The translations under genes and the position numbers were made by a program. Positions 27,261 through 36,564 of a stretch of DNA of 64,000 bases are shown here, piece by piece; within the stretch, counting starts at the first letter, position 1; each line of letters starts with the position of its first letter. The notes below the pieces were generated by a model. The model saw only the letters and a list, made by a program, of their open reading frames with translations. It was not told the DNA's origin and searched no databases. Where the stretch lies: the IMG/VR virus record IMGVR_UViG_3300017917_002466, positions 1-64,000 of that record; one strand, written 5' to 3'.

Positions 27261-28640
27261 TTACCATCCACGAACAGCAGTAGAAATTCCAGAAGGAAGA
27301 TTACTGGTTGTTGCACCCGGGATAAGCTTATTAACATTGTAGAACGGAATCAATCTGTAATAACGTCCACTACCAAGCAATGTATCGGTGATAGCATATC
27401 TGCTCATAACACCAATTCTTGGTGTGAAGTCAGCAGGGTGAATTGCCCTATTGGTAAGACCCATAATATAAGGACTGAAGATAATACCACAGTCACTGAT
27501 ACCATTGCCTTTGTAACCAATCAATGCATACTCTGTACGAGCATATTGATCACGATATACGTCCATTGTTCCATTCAACTTACCAATTGCGGCCATAACC
27601 TGAGTTGGGTTAACATTCTGGTTATAGTTGACAAAGGTATGTCCAGCAGCTTGAAGTGCAGTTGCAATCGCAGGAGATACGATAACAAAGTTACCTGGAC
27701 CTCTACGAGTTGTAACAGCAATCTTATTGGACTGATAGACAATTGCGCTAATGATGTTCATGTACTTTTCACCAGACCATCTTCCGTCGATACCAGTGGA
27801 GTTTACACCACCAGTAAGGTCAACGGCACCGATAACCTCTCCACCATTATTGGTGTTGACGGCTGCGGCCTTCATTCTGGCAATAAGCTCTCTGTCAAGC
27901 TCAGCAGTAACCTCGTACTGAAGGAACTGAACCATTTCCCTCTCAATGTCAATACCGTGCATAGCCTTTACGTCCTGAGCCGCTTCAAGGCTGAAGCTAG
28001 CTGCAAGCTTTCTGGTCTTAGCAGTAATTGCAAGCTGGTCAATTCTCATTCTAAGTTGAGGCCAGTCACCACAACCATTAGCAGACTCAGCAGTATCACA
28101 AGTGTTTGCGATAGTCCACGTTTCACCGGCGGATGTTGCAACACCTGTACCAGATGTATCATATACTCCAGTATCAGCAGAACTATTGTTCCAAGAACCT
28201 TGCAATATGCCAGATGTTCCAACCTGATTACCAGTGTATCCACCGTATTCAGGAACCTTATCCCAAGCAGCTTCATTTCCATTACCATCATCGTAAACAA
28301 CTCGCATAGCATAAGCAAGTCCAACTGGTGTTGACATTGCCTGCACGCCTACGACCTTGTTTGCGAAAAGGTCAGGGAAAGTACGTCTGACAAGGGCAAG
28401 GGCGATTGGTCTGAAAATCCAAGAGTCAGAAGCTGCGGCACCATCGGTGAATCCACCCATATTACCATAGTTCATATTACCCTGAGAAGTTTCAGTTAAA
28501 ACTTCCTGTCCGTTAAAGTCCTTTCTCTCTTGATTCTCCAAAAGAGTTGCAAGGTTTTCCTTAACGTATCTGTCCTTAATGTCCTTAATAGACATCTTAC
28601 CTTCGGCAGATTCCCATTTCTTAATTAGTGAAAGACTCAT
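27261..28640 (-). CDS. gp23: Major capsid protein
   Basis: LALVRRTFPDL.A..VVGVQAMSTPVGLAYAMR, TAKTRKLAASFSLEAAQDVKAMHGID, FTPRIGVMSRY. Confidence 0.97.
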   Translation of the reverse strand: MSLSLIKKWESAEGKMSIKDIKDRYVKENLATLLENQERKDFNGQEVLTETSQGNMNYGNMGGFTDGAAASDSWIFRPIALALVRRTFPDLFANKVVGVQAMSTPVGLAYAMRVVYDDGNGNEAAWDKVPEYGGYTGNQVGTSGILQGSWNNSSADTGVYDTSGTGVATSAGETWTIANTCDTAESANGCGDWPQLRMRIDQLAITAKTRKLAASFSLEAAQDVKAMHGIDIEREMVQFLQYEVTAELDRELIARMKAAAVNTNNGGEVIGAVDLTGGVNSTGIDGRWSGEKYMNIISAIVYQSNKIAVTTRRGPGNFVIVSPAIATALQAAGHTFVNYNQNVNPTQVMAAIGKLNGTMDVYRDQYARTEYALIGYKGNGISDCGIIFSPYIMGLTNRAIHPADFTPRIGVMSRYAITDTLLGSGRYYRLIPFYNVNKLIPGATTSNLPSGISTAVRGW

Positions 28641-28682
28641 AATTTTTCCTCCCTTTCCTATCTTAATTGTTAAAAGACCTAT

Positions 28683-29480
28683 TTACTCATCCAAATATCT
28701 GTTTGCCTTCTCGGCATATGTGAATTCTTCTTTTTCCTCATTGATAGATGGCTTAGATTCCTCAATATGGTCGTCCTCAGTGATGATTTCTTCCATAGTT
28801 CCCTTACTCTCATTCTTTGGAGCAGGAGTATTGGATTCCTTTACCATTCCGATAAACTCGTCAATTGCATCCTTGACTTCGTCGAACTTCTTGTTCTTGA
28901 ACATCTTGGTTACTCTCTGAATCTGAGACTCAGTAAGTCCCTTTGTCTTCTCAGAGATAAGCAAGAATGTTGCAGACTTCTCAAGTCTATCCTCAGCTTC
29001 CATAAGCTTTGCGTGTGCATCGGAAAGCTCACTCTCAAGCTTTGCAGCCTTCTGCTGTTCCTGCTTAAGCAATGCGGAACCATCGGAATCAAGCTCAATA
29101 TAGTTCTGTCCAAAAACTTTCTTAATCTGCTCTACAACGGGCATTGCAATTTCGTTAATTGCAAGTTTGGTGATTGTATCGTCAGAAATTTGCTCAACAA
29201 TTACGTGGTCAAGAAAAGAACCAAGCTTGGTAACAACTTTCTGCTCAATATTCTTGAGCTTAGCATCGTATTCCTCAATGAGAGTAGCCTTGGACTTTTC
29301 AGTTTCCTCGGTTACTTTCTTTGCGACATACTCTTCTGCCAATGCATCGTACTTACTCTTAAGCTCTTCTTCCTTCAAACCAACTCTTGTTGCAACCATT
29401 TTCTCAATGGCTGCTTCAAAGACTTTAAGGTCTTCTGGAGTCAACATTTCTTTAATCTTATCAGTAATTTTCTTGCTCAT
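28683..29480 (-). CDS. gp22: Prohead core scaffold protein
   Basis: Acidic coiled coil between gp21 and gp23; LGSFLDHVIVE. Confidence 0.85.
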   Translation of the reverse strand: MSKKITDKIKEMLTPEDLKVFEAAIEKMVATRVGLKEEELKSKYDALAEEYVAKKVTEETEKSKATLIEEYDAKLKNIEQKVVTKLGSFLDHVIVEQISDDTITKLAINEIAMPVVEQIKKVFGQNYIELDSDGSALLKQEQQKAAKLESELSDAHAKLMEAEDRLEKSATFLLISEKTKGLTESQIQRVTKMFKNKKFDEVKDAIDEFIGMVKESNTPAPKNESKGTMEEIITEDDHIEESKPSINEEKEEFTYAEKANRYLDE

Positions 29481-29547
29481 AAAAAACTCCTCCTATTACT
29501 TACTCGTTAATTATTTATGCTTTCTATACTTAAAAAAGCAGAAAATT

Positions 29548-30201
29548 TTATAATTTTTTCTGCTGAATTTCTTCCAAGAACCTCATCATATAACTTAAAA
29601 CGTGATTTGACATAGACTTAGGATCATATTTTTTGTCAACAGATTTCTGTAAATTCTGAACTGCAACTTCAACAATCCTATCTCCATCCATAATGTACTC
29701 TTTATTTTCCAACACTCCTTCTACAAAGCAGTTAGGTGCTGAAGGGTCTGCAACAATGTCAACGGTAATGAGTTTATAGTCTTCCTTAACGGTCTTACCG
29801 TCAAGGGTTCCAACACCACGAGTTGACATTCCTACGATGATACCTTCATCAACAAGAGTCTTTGCAATCCTTCCCATCGGAGTATCAAGAAGCTTTGCAC
29901 AACCATATCCCACATTATCCTTCATTTCCAAGCTCTCAATAACGTGAGAGACTCTTTCAAGGTTAATCTGTGGATTTTCTGGATGGTCAAGCTCGCCCAT
30001 TGAACGGTTCTTCTTAATCTTGTTCTCAAAGAAATCTTTGACTTCACGAACAAGAATATCTTTGGAATAGACTCTTCCGTTCTTATTCTCAATCTCAGCT
30101 TCTAAGAAAGGGCCTTTCAAACGGAAAATCTTCTTTCCTTCCACTTCTTCTTTGATAACTTCAAGTTTATCAAAGGCAACTATTTCGGTTAAAAGTTTCA
30201 T
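29548..30201 (-). CDS. gp21: Prohead protease
   Basis: NKNGRVYS, MGELDHP, LLDTPMGRI, GMSTRGVG, TVDIVADPSAP. Confidence 0.97.
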   Translation of the reverse strand: MKLLTEIVAFDKLEVIKEEVEGKKIFRLKGPFLEAEIENKNGRVYSKDILVREVKDFFENKIKKNRSMGELDHPENPQINLERVSHVIESLEMKDNVGYGCAKLLDTPMGRIAKTLVDEGIIVGMSTRGVGTLDGKTVKEDYKLITVDIVADPSAPNCFVEGVLENKEYIMDGDRIVEVAVQNLQKSVDKKYDPKSMSNHVLSYMMRFLEEIQQKKL

Positions 30202-30215
30202 TTAATTTCCCCTTA

Positions 30216-30398
30216 TTACTTAGATGCTAATGCCATTACTTCCTTCTGTTTCTCAATATTGATGCCGTTGAGCTTTGCCAAAACATCAAACTTCTTCTCG
30301 TCAACCTTTGACTTAACCTTATCAGCAGCCATCTTCTCTATATCCTGCTGGAGACTTGCCCAGTCACCATCAAGAACTCTTTTAATAACACTCTTCAT
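30216..30398 (-). CDS. Small prohead core protein (gp67/gp68 position)
   Basis: Synteny between portal and protease. Confidence 0.55.
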   Translation of the reverse strand: MKSVIKRVLDGDWASLQQDIEKMAADKVKSKVDEKKFDVLAKLNGINIEKQKEVMALASK

Positions 30399-30438
30399 AA
30401 TTTCCTCCTAACAATTTGAGTTTATACCAATTCCTAAT

Positions 30439-30446
30439 TATTTATA
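30439..30446 (-). promoter_or_regulatory. Late promoter TATAAATA for head-core genes
   Basis: Exact consensus after portal stop. Confidence 0.75.
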
Positions 30447-30456
30447 AGAATTACAC

Positions 30457-32343
30457 TTATTTTTGTGGTTTGAACTTCTTTCTCAAGCTTGAATCCTTGT
30501 ATTTGTCCTTAATCGAATTATCTAGAGTCTTCCACTCATTAAGTAAGGTAGAGTCACTCTGAGTCACTGGAAAGCTAACTGATTCTGGAGTTTCTGGTGG
30601 TGTAGCTTCAGCTCCACCTCCTGCTTCTGCTCCAGCCGGTACTGCGCCTGCTTCAGCCCCTGTCTCAGGAGCCATACCCGCTTCGGCTCCACCTGCTCCA
30701 AATCCTTCACCACCACCACCCGCTTCGGCTCCGAATCCACCGGCTCCACCACCTGCGGCGGCAATAGCGGCTTGTTCTTCCTTGGAAGGCTTAATAGCAT
30801 CCAATAGTTTCTTATTCCAGTTCCACTCTTCTTCAGTCATTAAAAACATTCTTCTAAGAGCAAACTCTGGTGCAAAGAATCCAGTTGGGTTCTCTGTCGG
30901 ATTGTAAATAAACTCAGATGTTGATGCAAGAACCGCAAGTCTTGACTCCATCAACTCCATCTCTTTATATTCTTTGAATAGGCTAGACTTTGTAAAGCTT
31001 ACATTAAAAATATCCTGTCCAACGTATCTTTCGTCAATTCCACGAAGTCTTAGCAATGTAATGAATGGGTCAAGAACAATGTATTTGAATCTTCTCTGAA
31101 GTCTTTCAACAAATCTTGAAAACTTAATTTCTTCTCTCTGAATTTCACCAGACTTACCAGATGAATACATTGAAGTTGCTGGGTCTTCCCATCTTGAACG
31201 AGGAAGCATAAGAGACTTATAAAGATTTTGCTGAAAGTACTTTACGTCTTCCATATCACTAAAGTTATTCTCTCCACCAATAGAATCGACTGTTGTTCCA
31301 TTTCCATTAATATCTCTTGTGAACCAATAGTCTTCTGTAAGAGACTGTACGTTCTGTGCAGAGTTCATTGCACCAGTCGAAGAATCATAAATAAGCTTCT
31401 TCTTGTATCTATTTGCCAATTGCTTGACAAACTCATCAGCTTTACCCTTTGGCATACGTCCCGTATAGATGTTCCAAATTCTTCTTTGTGGAGCCCTTAC
31501 AATCTTATTAACAACAATAGCATCTTCCATATTGTTAAGCATATTAAAAGGTCTAATTGCCGCTTCTAAGAATCCTCTAACATCAAGGAAAGTTTCACCA
31601 TAATCTCCATAGTTTGCGTAGGCAACTTGGTCTTTATCAAAGATAACGCTTTGAGTATCTTCTGAAAAAGTTGCAGTTCTAGCATAGTCAACATTACCTT
31701 GAACTGCACCTTCTGAACCAGTTCCTTTTAATGGAATATTTGCATTTGTCTGCATATAGGCTTTGATCTTACCTTCTTCATAAACTGGCATCATAGTATG
31801 TGCAGGAAGAACCTTTATTCCGATAATATCACTACCTTTATCATTCAAAACTATTTCAACATATAGCTCGGCCTCAATAAGCCACTTACGAAATAAATCC
31901 CATCCTCTTTCATTAAACTTAAAGACTTTGTAAATAAGGTCTTTCCAAATTTTTCTTATCTCGTCTTCAATATGTTCCGGGATTTCTTCTAGAATTTCAA
32001 GATTAAGAATATCTCCTTCTGGGTTATCAACTACTGCATCATCACAGATTTGGTTCAAAGCATCATTGATAATCGGATACCTTGCCATCTGACGATACTT
32101 TTGAATTCTTCCTCTCTTACTTCCAAAATATTGCTCAAACTGAATTCCAACGAATGTTATTGAAGACCCCGGATTTGCCAAATAATCATAATTGATAAAG
32201 TTTGCTGCTTCAATTTGTTCTTGAGAAATACCTTGGCTATTTTCCATTTCTTGTTTTTCGCGTTTTTCTTCTTCTGGTCTTGATTCACGAAAGAACTTAG
32301 AAAACGGATTAAAAAGAAAAATCTTGCTTAAATCAAAATTCAT
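30457..32343 (-). CDS. gp20: Portal protein
   Basis: MEDAIVVNKIVRAPQRRIWNIYTG.MPK.KA, EDYWF, EIQREEIKFSRFVERLQ. Confidence 0.97.
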   Translation of the reverse strand: MNFDLSKIFLFNPFSKFFRESRPEEEKREKQEMENSQGISQEQIEAANFINYDYLANPGSSITFVGIQFEQYFGSKRGRIQKYRQMARYPIINDALNQICDDAVVDNPEGDILNLEILEEIPEHIEDEIRKIWKDLIYKVFKFNERGWDLFRKWLIEAELYVEIVLNDKGSDIIGIKVLPAHTMMPVYEEGKIKAYMQTNANIPLKGTGSEGAVQGNVDYARTATFSEDTQSVIFDKDQVAYANYGDYGETFLDVRGFLEAAIRPFNMLNNMEDAIVVNKIVRAPQRRIWNIYTGRMPKGKADEFVKQLANRYKKKLIYDSSTGAMNSAQNVQSLTEDYWFTRDINGNGTTVDSIGGENNFSDMEDVKYFQQNLYKSLMLPRSRWEDPATSMYSSGKSGEIQREEIKFSRFVERLQRRFKYIVLDPFITLLRLRGIDERYVGQDIFNVSFTKSSLFKEYKEMELMESRLAVLASTSEFIYNPTENPTGFFAPEFALRRMFLMTEEEWNWNKKLLDAIKPSKEEQAAIAAAGGGAGGFGAEAGGGGEGFGAGGAEAGMAPETGAEAGAVPAGAEAGGGAEATPPETPESVSFPVTQSDSTLLNEWKTLDNSIKDKYKDSSLRKKFKPQK

Positions 32344-32344
32344 A

Positions 32345-33349
32345 TTAAACTCCTAATAATTTTTCACTTAAAATTTTATCAATATTTTTAAAATTTTTAT
32401 AACTTATTCTAATTAAATCTATATCATTATTTATGCAATATTCATTCTTGATATTATCATTCTTTTTCGTTATTTCAAAATTTTTAATAGCTTCTTCATA
32501 TTTAATACCACCAAATTGAACTGGTCTAAAGTGATGTTCCCCATCTAACTCAATACAAGTATTTTCTTTAATCAAATAAAAATCAAAAGGTAAACAATTT
32601 TTTAAACCTCTACAATTATCAAACTTTTTTTGTTCTTCATACAATAAATTATTATCTATTATCCATTTTTTAGCTTTTAATTCAGCTAATGAATTAATAT
32701 TACATTCCGGGCAATAAGTTCCTTTTCTTAATAAATCTAAATTTCTATAAAAAATCCCATGTTTTTTACAAATAATAGGTAATTTAATTTTAGTATTCTT
32801 ATAAGTTTCTTCATTAATTAAAGAGAAATCAAAAGGTTCATTTTTATATAATTCTTTTAATTCTTTAATAACTTCTATAAAAGAATTTCTTCTAGCATTT
32901 TCTATTCTTTCTCTAGCACATTTAGGACATGAATGATTTGATTTATGATTATTGGCCATTTGATGAAATAATCCATGTTCTATTCCTTTTTTATCTTTTT
33001 TATGACAAATAATTGGAATAATACTATAATTATTTTCATAATTAAATTCATTTATTAAACTATAATCATATTTTTCGATTCCATAAATTTGTTCAAATTC
33101 TTTAATTAAATCTTTAACTTTAGTTTTAAATTCTGCTTTTAATATATCAATTTTACATTTTGGACACCTATTACCACTCATATGATTATTAATTATTTGA
33201 TAAAAAATTCCGTGTTTTTTACATATAATTGGTATTTTAGATTTACTATTAACACAGTTATCTTCGTTTAATAAAGAATAATCAAATTCATTCCCATGAA
33301 CTTTTTGAAAACTTTCAATATATTCTTTATAACTTTTAGGTTTACTCAT
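32345..33349 (-). CDS. Putative homing endonuclease: repeated Zn modules plus Vsr/EDxHD-like nuclease
   Basis: VHG..FDYS...CKKHG.F...CPKC repeats; LPFDFYL...CIELDGEHHF. Confidence 0.8.
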   Translation of the reverse strand: MSKPKSYKEYIESFQKVHGNEFDYSLLNEDNCVNSKSKIPIICKKHGIFYQIINNHMSGNRCPKCKIDILKAEFKTKVKDLIKEFEQIYGIEKYDYSLINEFNYENNYSIIPIICHKKDKKGIEHGLFHQMANNHKSNHSCPKCARERIENARRNSFIEVIKELKELYKNEPFDFSLINEETYKNTKIKLPIICKKHGIFYRNLDLLRKGTYCPECNINSLAELKAKKWIIDNNLLYEEQKKFDNCRGLKNCLPFDFYLIKENTCIELDGEHHFRPVQFGGIKYEEAIKNFEITKKNDNIKNEYCINNDIDLIRISYKNFKNIDKILSEKLLGV

Positions 33350-33516
33350 TAACTTTTCTTTGCAAAATAATGTTCAACAAAGGATTCATTTTTACTTTTC
33401 CACATATTTAAACACTGGGCAACACCTTGTTTATGAGGCTTGCCTTCCTTCTTGGTTGTATGCATACAAGCCTTCATAAATTTCTTTTGGCTTTTATACT
33501 TCTTTGGATTTGGCAT
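33349..33516 (-). CDS. Small basic hypothetical protein (55 aa)
   Basis: Manual: MPNPKKYKSQKKFMKACMH...QGVAQCLNMW; coupled start and stop. Confidence 0.55.
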   Translation of the reverse strand: MPNPKKYKSQKKFMKACMHTTKKEGKPHKQGVAQCLNMWKSKNESFVEHYFAKKS

Positions 33517-33517
33517 T

Positions 33518-33982
33518 TTATTCCTTATTGAAATAATATTCTGTAAATTCTCTGACCTTTTTCTTTCTTTTCTTAGAAGGAATATCGCCTTTTCTACTTA
33601 GCATAGAACCAACCTTTGGAGCAAAAATTGCAGAACTTCCAAAACGAGCAGGTTCGCCTGTTGCCATAGTCGGAGAGCCAATACTGCCTGTGGTAATTCC
33701 ACCTTGGGCATCCTCATATTGCGTAGATTCTAAACCAGCAATTTTCATTATTTCTGGATCAGTTGGATTCATTCCAGCCTGCTGTAATTTTTGAGCGACT
33801 GCTTTAGCAAGTTTAGCTTTTTCTTTAGCCGCTTTTCTGGCCGGGGTAAGAATACCAGTAGATGATTTAGCTGCTTTTGCAGCCGCTTTAATGGCCGCAT
33901 CTCTCTGAAATTTAACCACATTTTTAGCTTGTGGAGCAAGGTCTTGAAGAATATCGGCTTCATTTACTTTTTTATTTTCCAT
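33518..33982 (-). CDS. Hypothetical protein
   Basis: ORF with RBS; LE/SQYE possible prohead protease site. Confidence 0.6.
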   Translation of the reverse strand: MENKKVNEADILQDLAPQAKNVVKFQRDAAIKAAAKAAKSSTGILTPARKAAKEKAKLAKAVAQKLQQAGMNPTDPEIMKIAGLESTQYEDAQGGITTGSIGSPTMATGEPARFGSSAIFAPKVGSMLSRKGDIPSKKRKKKVREFTEYYFNKE

Positions 33983-33991
33983 ATTTTCCTC

Positions 33992-34414
33992 TTAGAAATC
34001 GTTCTCCAACTCTTCTTTGATTAGTGAACAAATTAGTTCTTCGGTGTCTATATTATATTTCTCTTGGATGCCTTTTACGTCTTTGGCAATCCTTAAAATT
34101 TCTGCTCTTTGTTTAATAGTTCCCCTTACCACTAACTTGTTATAGAAGTCATTATTAATGGTTTGGAGATAGAGGAAATTATTGAGATTGAGAATCTTAT
34201 TACCAAGCAATCTTTTCAACTTAAATACTATTCTATCGAGAAGAGTTAGAGCTTCATTTTCCTTATCCGTCTGCGGTTCCTTAATTACTTTGCCGGCAGA
34301 ATTGACAAGATTAAGCTTATAGGCTTCTGTCCTGACAATTGGTGTAACCAATTTCTTGATAAAGATAAAAGACATTATAGCATCAACATTGCTCTTGTGG
34401 TCTTCTTTAGACAT
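33992..34414 (-). CDS. Conserved T4-like hypothetical protein (30.3-like)
   Basis: FIFIKKLVTP..RTEAYKL.LV...GKVI motif. Confidence 0.55.
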   Translation of the reverse strand: MSKEDHKSNVDAIMSFIFIKKLVTPIVRTEAYKLNLVNSAGKVIKEPQTDKENEALTLLDRIVFKLKRLLGNKILNLNNFLYLQTINNDFYNKLVVRGTIKQRAEILRIAKDVKGIQEKYNIDTEELICSLIKEELENDF

Positions 34415-34767
34415 TATCTAATCCTCACTAAGATTTCTTCAACAACCTTTCTTGCATCTAATCCCTTCTCTTTAGCCTTATCACTAATAGCTTTAGCAAA
34501 ATACTTTGCCATTAAAGTCTCAGGAGACTTACTACCAAACATATCTTCATTTATAAGAATCTCTCCTTTATCATCAACCGAAATAACCTCAACAAGCTTA
34601 GTTAGCTTTCCAATAAAGTCAATTTCTTCCTTCTTCTCAAAGGTTTCAATCTTTGAATTGGCTTCAGCAAGCTGAGCTTTAAGACTACTATTCTCTTGAA
34701 GAACCTTATCCTTTTGCTCGCTTATAGAAGTCAATTTTTCGTAAAGTAATTCCTTATTTTCTTTCAT
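34414..34767 (-). CDS. Hypothetical coiled-coil protein
   Basis: ORF track. Confidence 0.6.
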   Translation of the reverse strand: MKENKELLYEKLTSISEQKDKVLQENSSLKAQLAEANSKIETFEKKEEIDFIGKLTKLVEVISVDDKGEILINEDMFGSKSPETLMAKYFAKAISDKAKEKGLDARKVVEEILVRIR

Positions 34768-34795
34768 AAGCCTTTCCTCTTTGTATTTATGTCAC

Positions 34796-35011
34796 TTACG
34801 AAATCGTGCATCCAGACATTACTGGAACTGGAACGTGTGCAGAAAGAGCATCACTCCAATTATAGACACAACTTAGTGAACCAGCTTTAAGTTGTCCGCC
34901 TTCATAATAAACTACAGAAACTTGAGAACCTTCAAGTTGTACGTCAACGGCTGTTACCGTTTTTCCAAAGTCTAAATTAGGAATTAATAATGTTCCTACT
35001 ATTGTTGCCAT
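34796..35011 (-). CDS. Small hypothetical virion-region protein
   Basis: ORF with RBS AGGAG. Confidence 0.55.
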   Translation of the reverse strand: MATIVGTLLIPNLDFGKTVTAVDVQLEGSQVSVVYYEGGQLKAGSLSCVYNWSDALSAHVPVPVMSGCTIS

Positions 35012-35026
35012 ATTTTATTTCTCCTT

Positions 35027-35755
35027 TTATTTTAAAATTAATTTGTCATGTTTAATTAAATTATCTTCTTTAGTTAATAACTGAAGATTTGTATAATGAC
35101 ATAATCTAATAACATCTTCTTCAGTTTTAGCAGTTGATAAAGGTACTATATGATCTATATGATATTTATTCTTTTCAAGAAATTCTTTTGGCTCAAAATT
35201 AGTATATTTAAGTTTGATATTTTTAAAAAGATATTTTTGAAGTTCTTCAAAAGAGCAACCAAGAATTTGATAAGTTTTAGATTTTTTTGAAAAACCTTGT
35301 CTTGTAAATGAAATCCTTATTAAACTTCTAATATTAGTTATTATTTTATATAAAATATCTTTTTTTCTTCTATTAACTTCATATAAACTTCTATATTCTG
35401 GATTTTTTTCTCTCCACTCTTTATTTTTTTTATTAATTTCTTCTTTATTTGTTTGATATTTTATTTTTCTTTTTTCTCTTATTATTTCTTTATTTTTTTC
35501 ATACCATTCTTTTTTCCATTGTTTATTTTCATTTTTATATTTTAAATTATAATTTTTTTTATAATCTTTATAATGTTCATTATTTTTATTTTTCCAATTT
35601 TCAAATTCATTTTTGATTTTATTCTTATTTTCTAAACGATATATTTTTCTACAAGATTTACAAATAGATTGTATTCCGTTTTTTGATCTATTATCTTTAT
35701 CAAATTTATCTAAAGATTTTTTAATTTTACATTTATTACAAACTTTAGTTTTCAT
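35027..35755 (-). CDS. HNH homing endonuclease
   Basis: CNKC...CKSC N-terminus; YHIDHIVPLS...CHYTNLQLL...DN. Confidence 0.85.
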   Translation of the reverse strand: MKTKVCNKCKIKKSLDKFDKDNRSKNGIQSICKSCRKIYRLENKNKIKNEFENWKNKNNEHYKDYKKNYNLKYKNENKQWKKEWYEKNKEIIREKRKIKYQTNKEEINKKNKEWREKNPEYRSLYEVNRRKKDILYKIITNIRSLIRISFTRQGFSKKSKTYQILGCSFEELQKYLFKNIKLKYTNFEPKEFLEKNKYHIDHIVPLSTAKTEEDVIRLCHYTNLQLLTKEDNLIKHDKLILK

Positions 35756-35775
35756 AATTTTTCGTCGCCGTCAAT

Positions 35776-36564
35776 TTACCAATTTGCCCACGGATCACGA
35801 CTTTCACACTCATTCGGTTTTGGTTGATAATTTACTGATGTCTTCTTATCATCTATAGTTTGCTTTATATCAAACTTATCAGTCTTTTTATTCGTAAAAT
35901 CAGCAATAGGAGCCGCCGAAGTAATAGAAGTTGTCGCGATTTTCTCATCTTTAAATGGTTTCACCAAAAACTCCCATACGTGTTGTTTAGATAAAAGATT
36001 CATCATAATTTCATCTTTGACTTCTACTATCTCATAACAGTATTTATTATATTTTGCAAAAATATAATCCCCTGCCTTTGGTATATATGGAGCAAAAGCT
36101 TTTGGATTAGTTTGAATATCGTTATACTGAGAAGATTCCCAAAAATGTCGCTTAGATACATAGATGCTAAAAGAATCCATACCTTCAATTCCAAACTTTG
36201 ACCAAAGTTTTTCTTCCCTTGGAAGATTAAAGAAAGCCATAATCTGGAATCTTCTTTCATATCTTCTGTTATTATCTTCTCCCCAAATCTTATCATAGGA
36301 CTTATCATAACTCGTAACATAGTAGTCCATACATACACCGTGTTTATTATAAGCTTCAGTAACTAACACATCAAAAAGTTCTCTTTCGTTGTTATAATTT
36401 CCGACTGAACCGGCATAACTACTATTTACACACTTAGTTATATACTCATTTGGAATATCCGAGTATTGTAAATAAGTACCAGAAATATTGGAAGCCGATG
36501 ATTCGATTTCTATAATTTCTTCATCAAACCATCCAAGAGTATCTACTGATACAAAGTCTGCCAT
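35776..36564 (-). CDS. gp14: Neck (head completion) protein
   Basis: LVTEAYNKHG..MDYY...DKIWGED, SKFGIEGMD, PKAGDYIF. Confidence 0.85.
   Translation of the reverse strand: MADFVSVDTLGWFDEEIIEIESSASNISGTYLQYSDIPNEYITKCVNSSYAGSVGNYNNERELFDVLVTEAYNKHGVCMDYYVTSYDKSYDKIWGEDNNRRYERRFQIMAFFNLPREEKLWSKFGIEGMDSFSIYVSKRHFWESSQYNDIQTNPKAFAPYIPKAGDYIFAKYNKYCYEIVEVKDEIMMNLLSKQHVWEFLVKPFKDEKIATTSITSAAPIADFTNKKTDKFDIKQTIDDKKTSVNYQPKPNECESRDPWANW

Noticed and set aside
27438-28334. 298-aa + strand ORF antisense to the major capsid gene
   Set aside because: Shadow frame of the biased codon usage of a highly expressed gene; no RBS or recognisable motif.
28767-29510. 247-aa + strand ORF antisense to the scaffold gene
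   Set aside because: Same shadow-ORF artefact; low-complexity Leu/Phe product.
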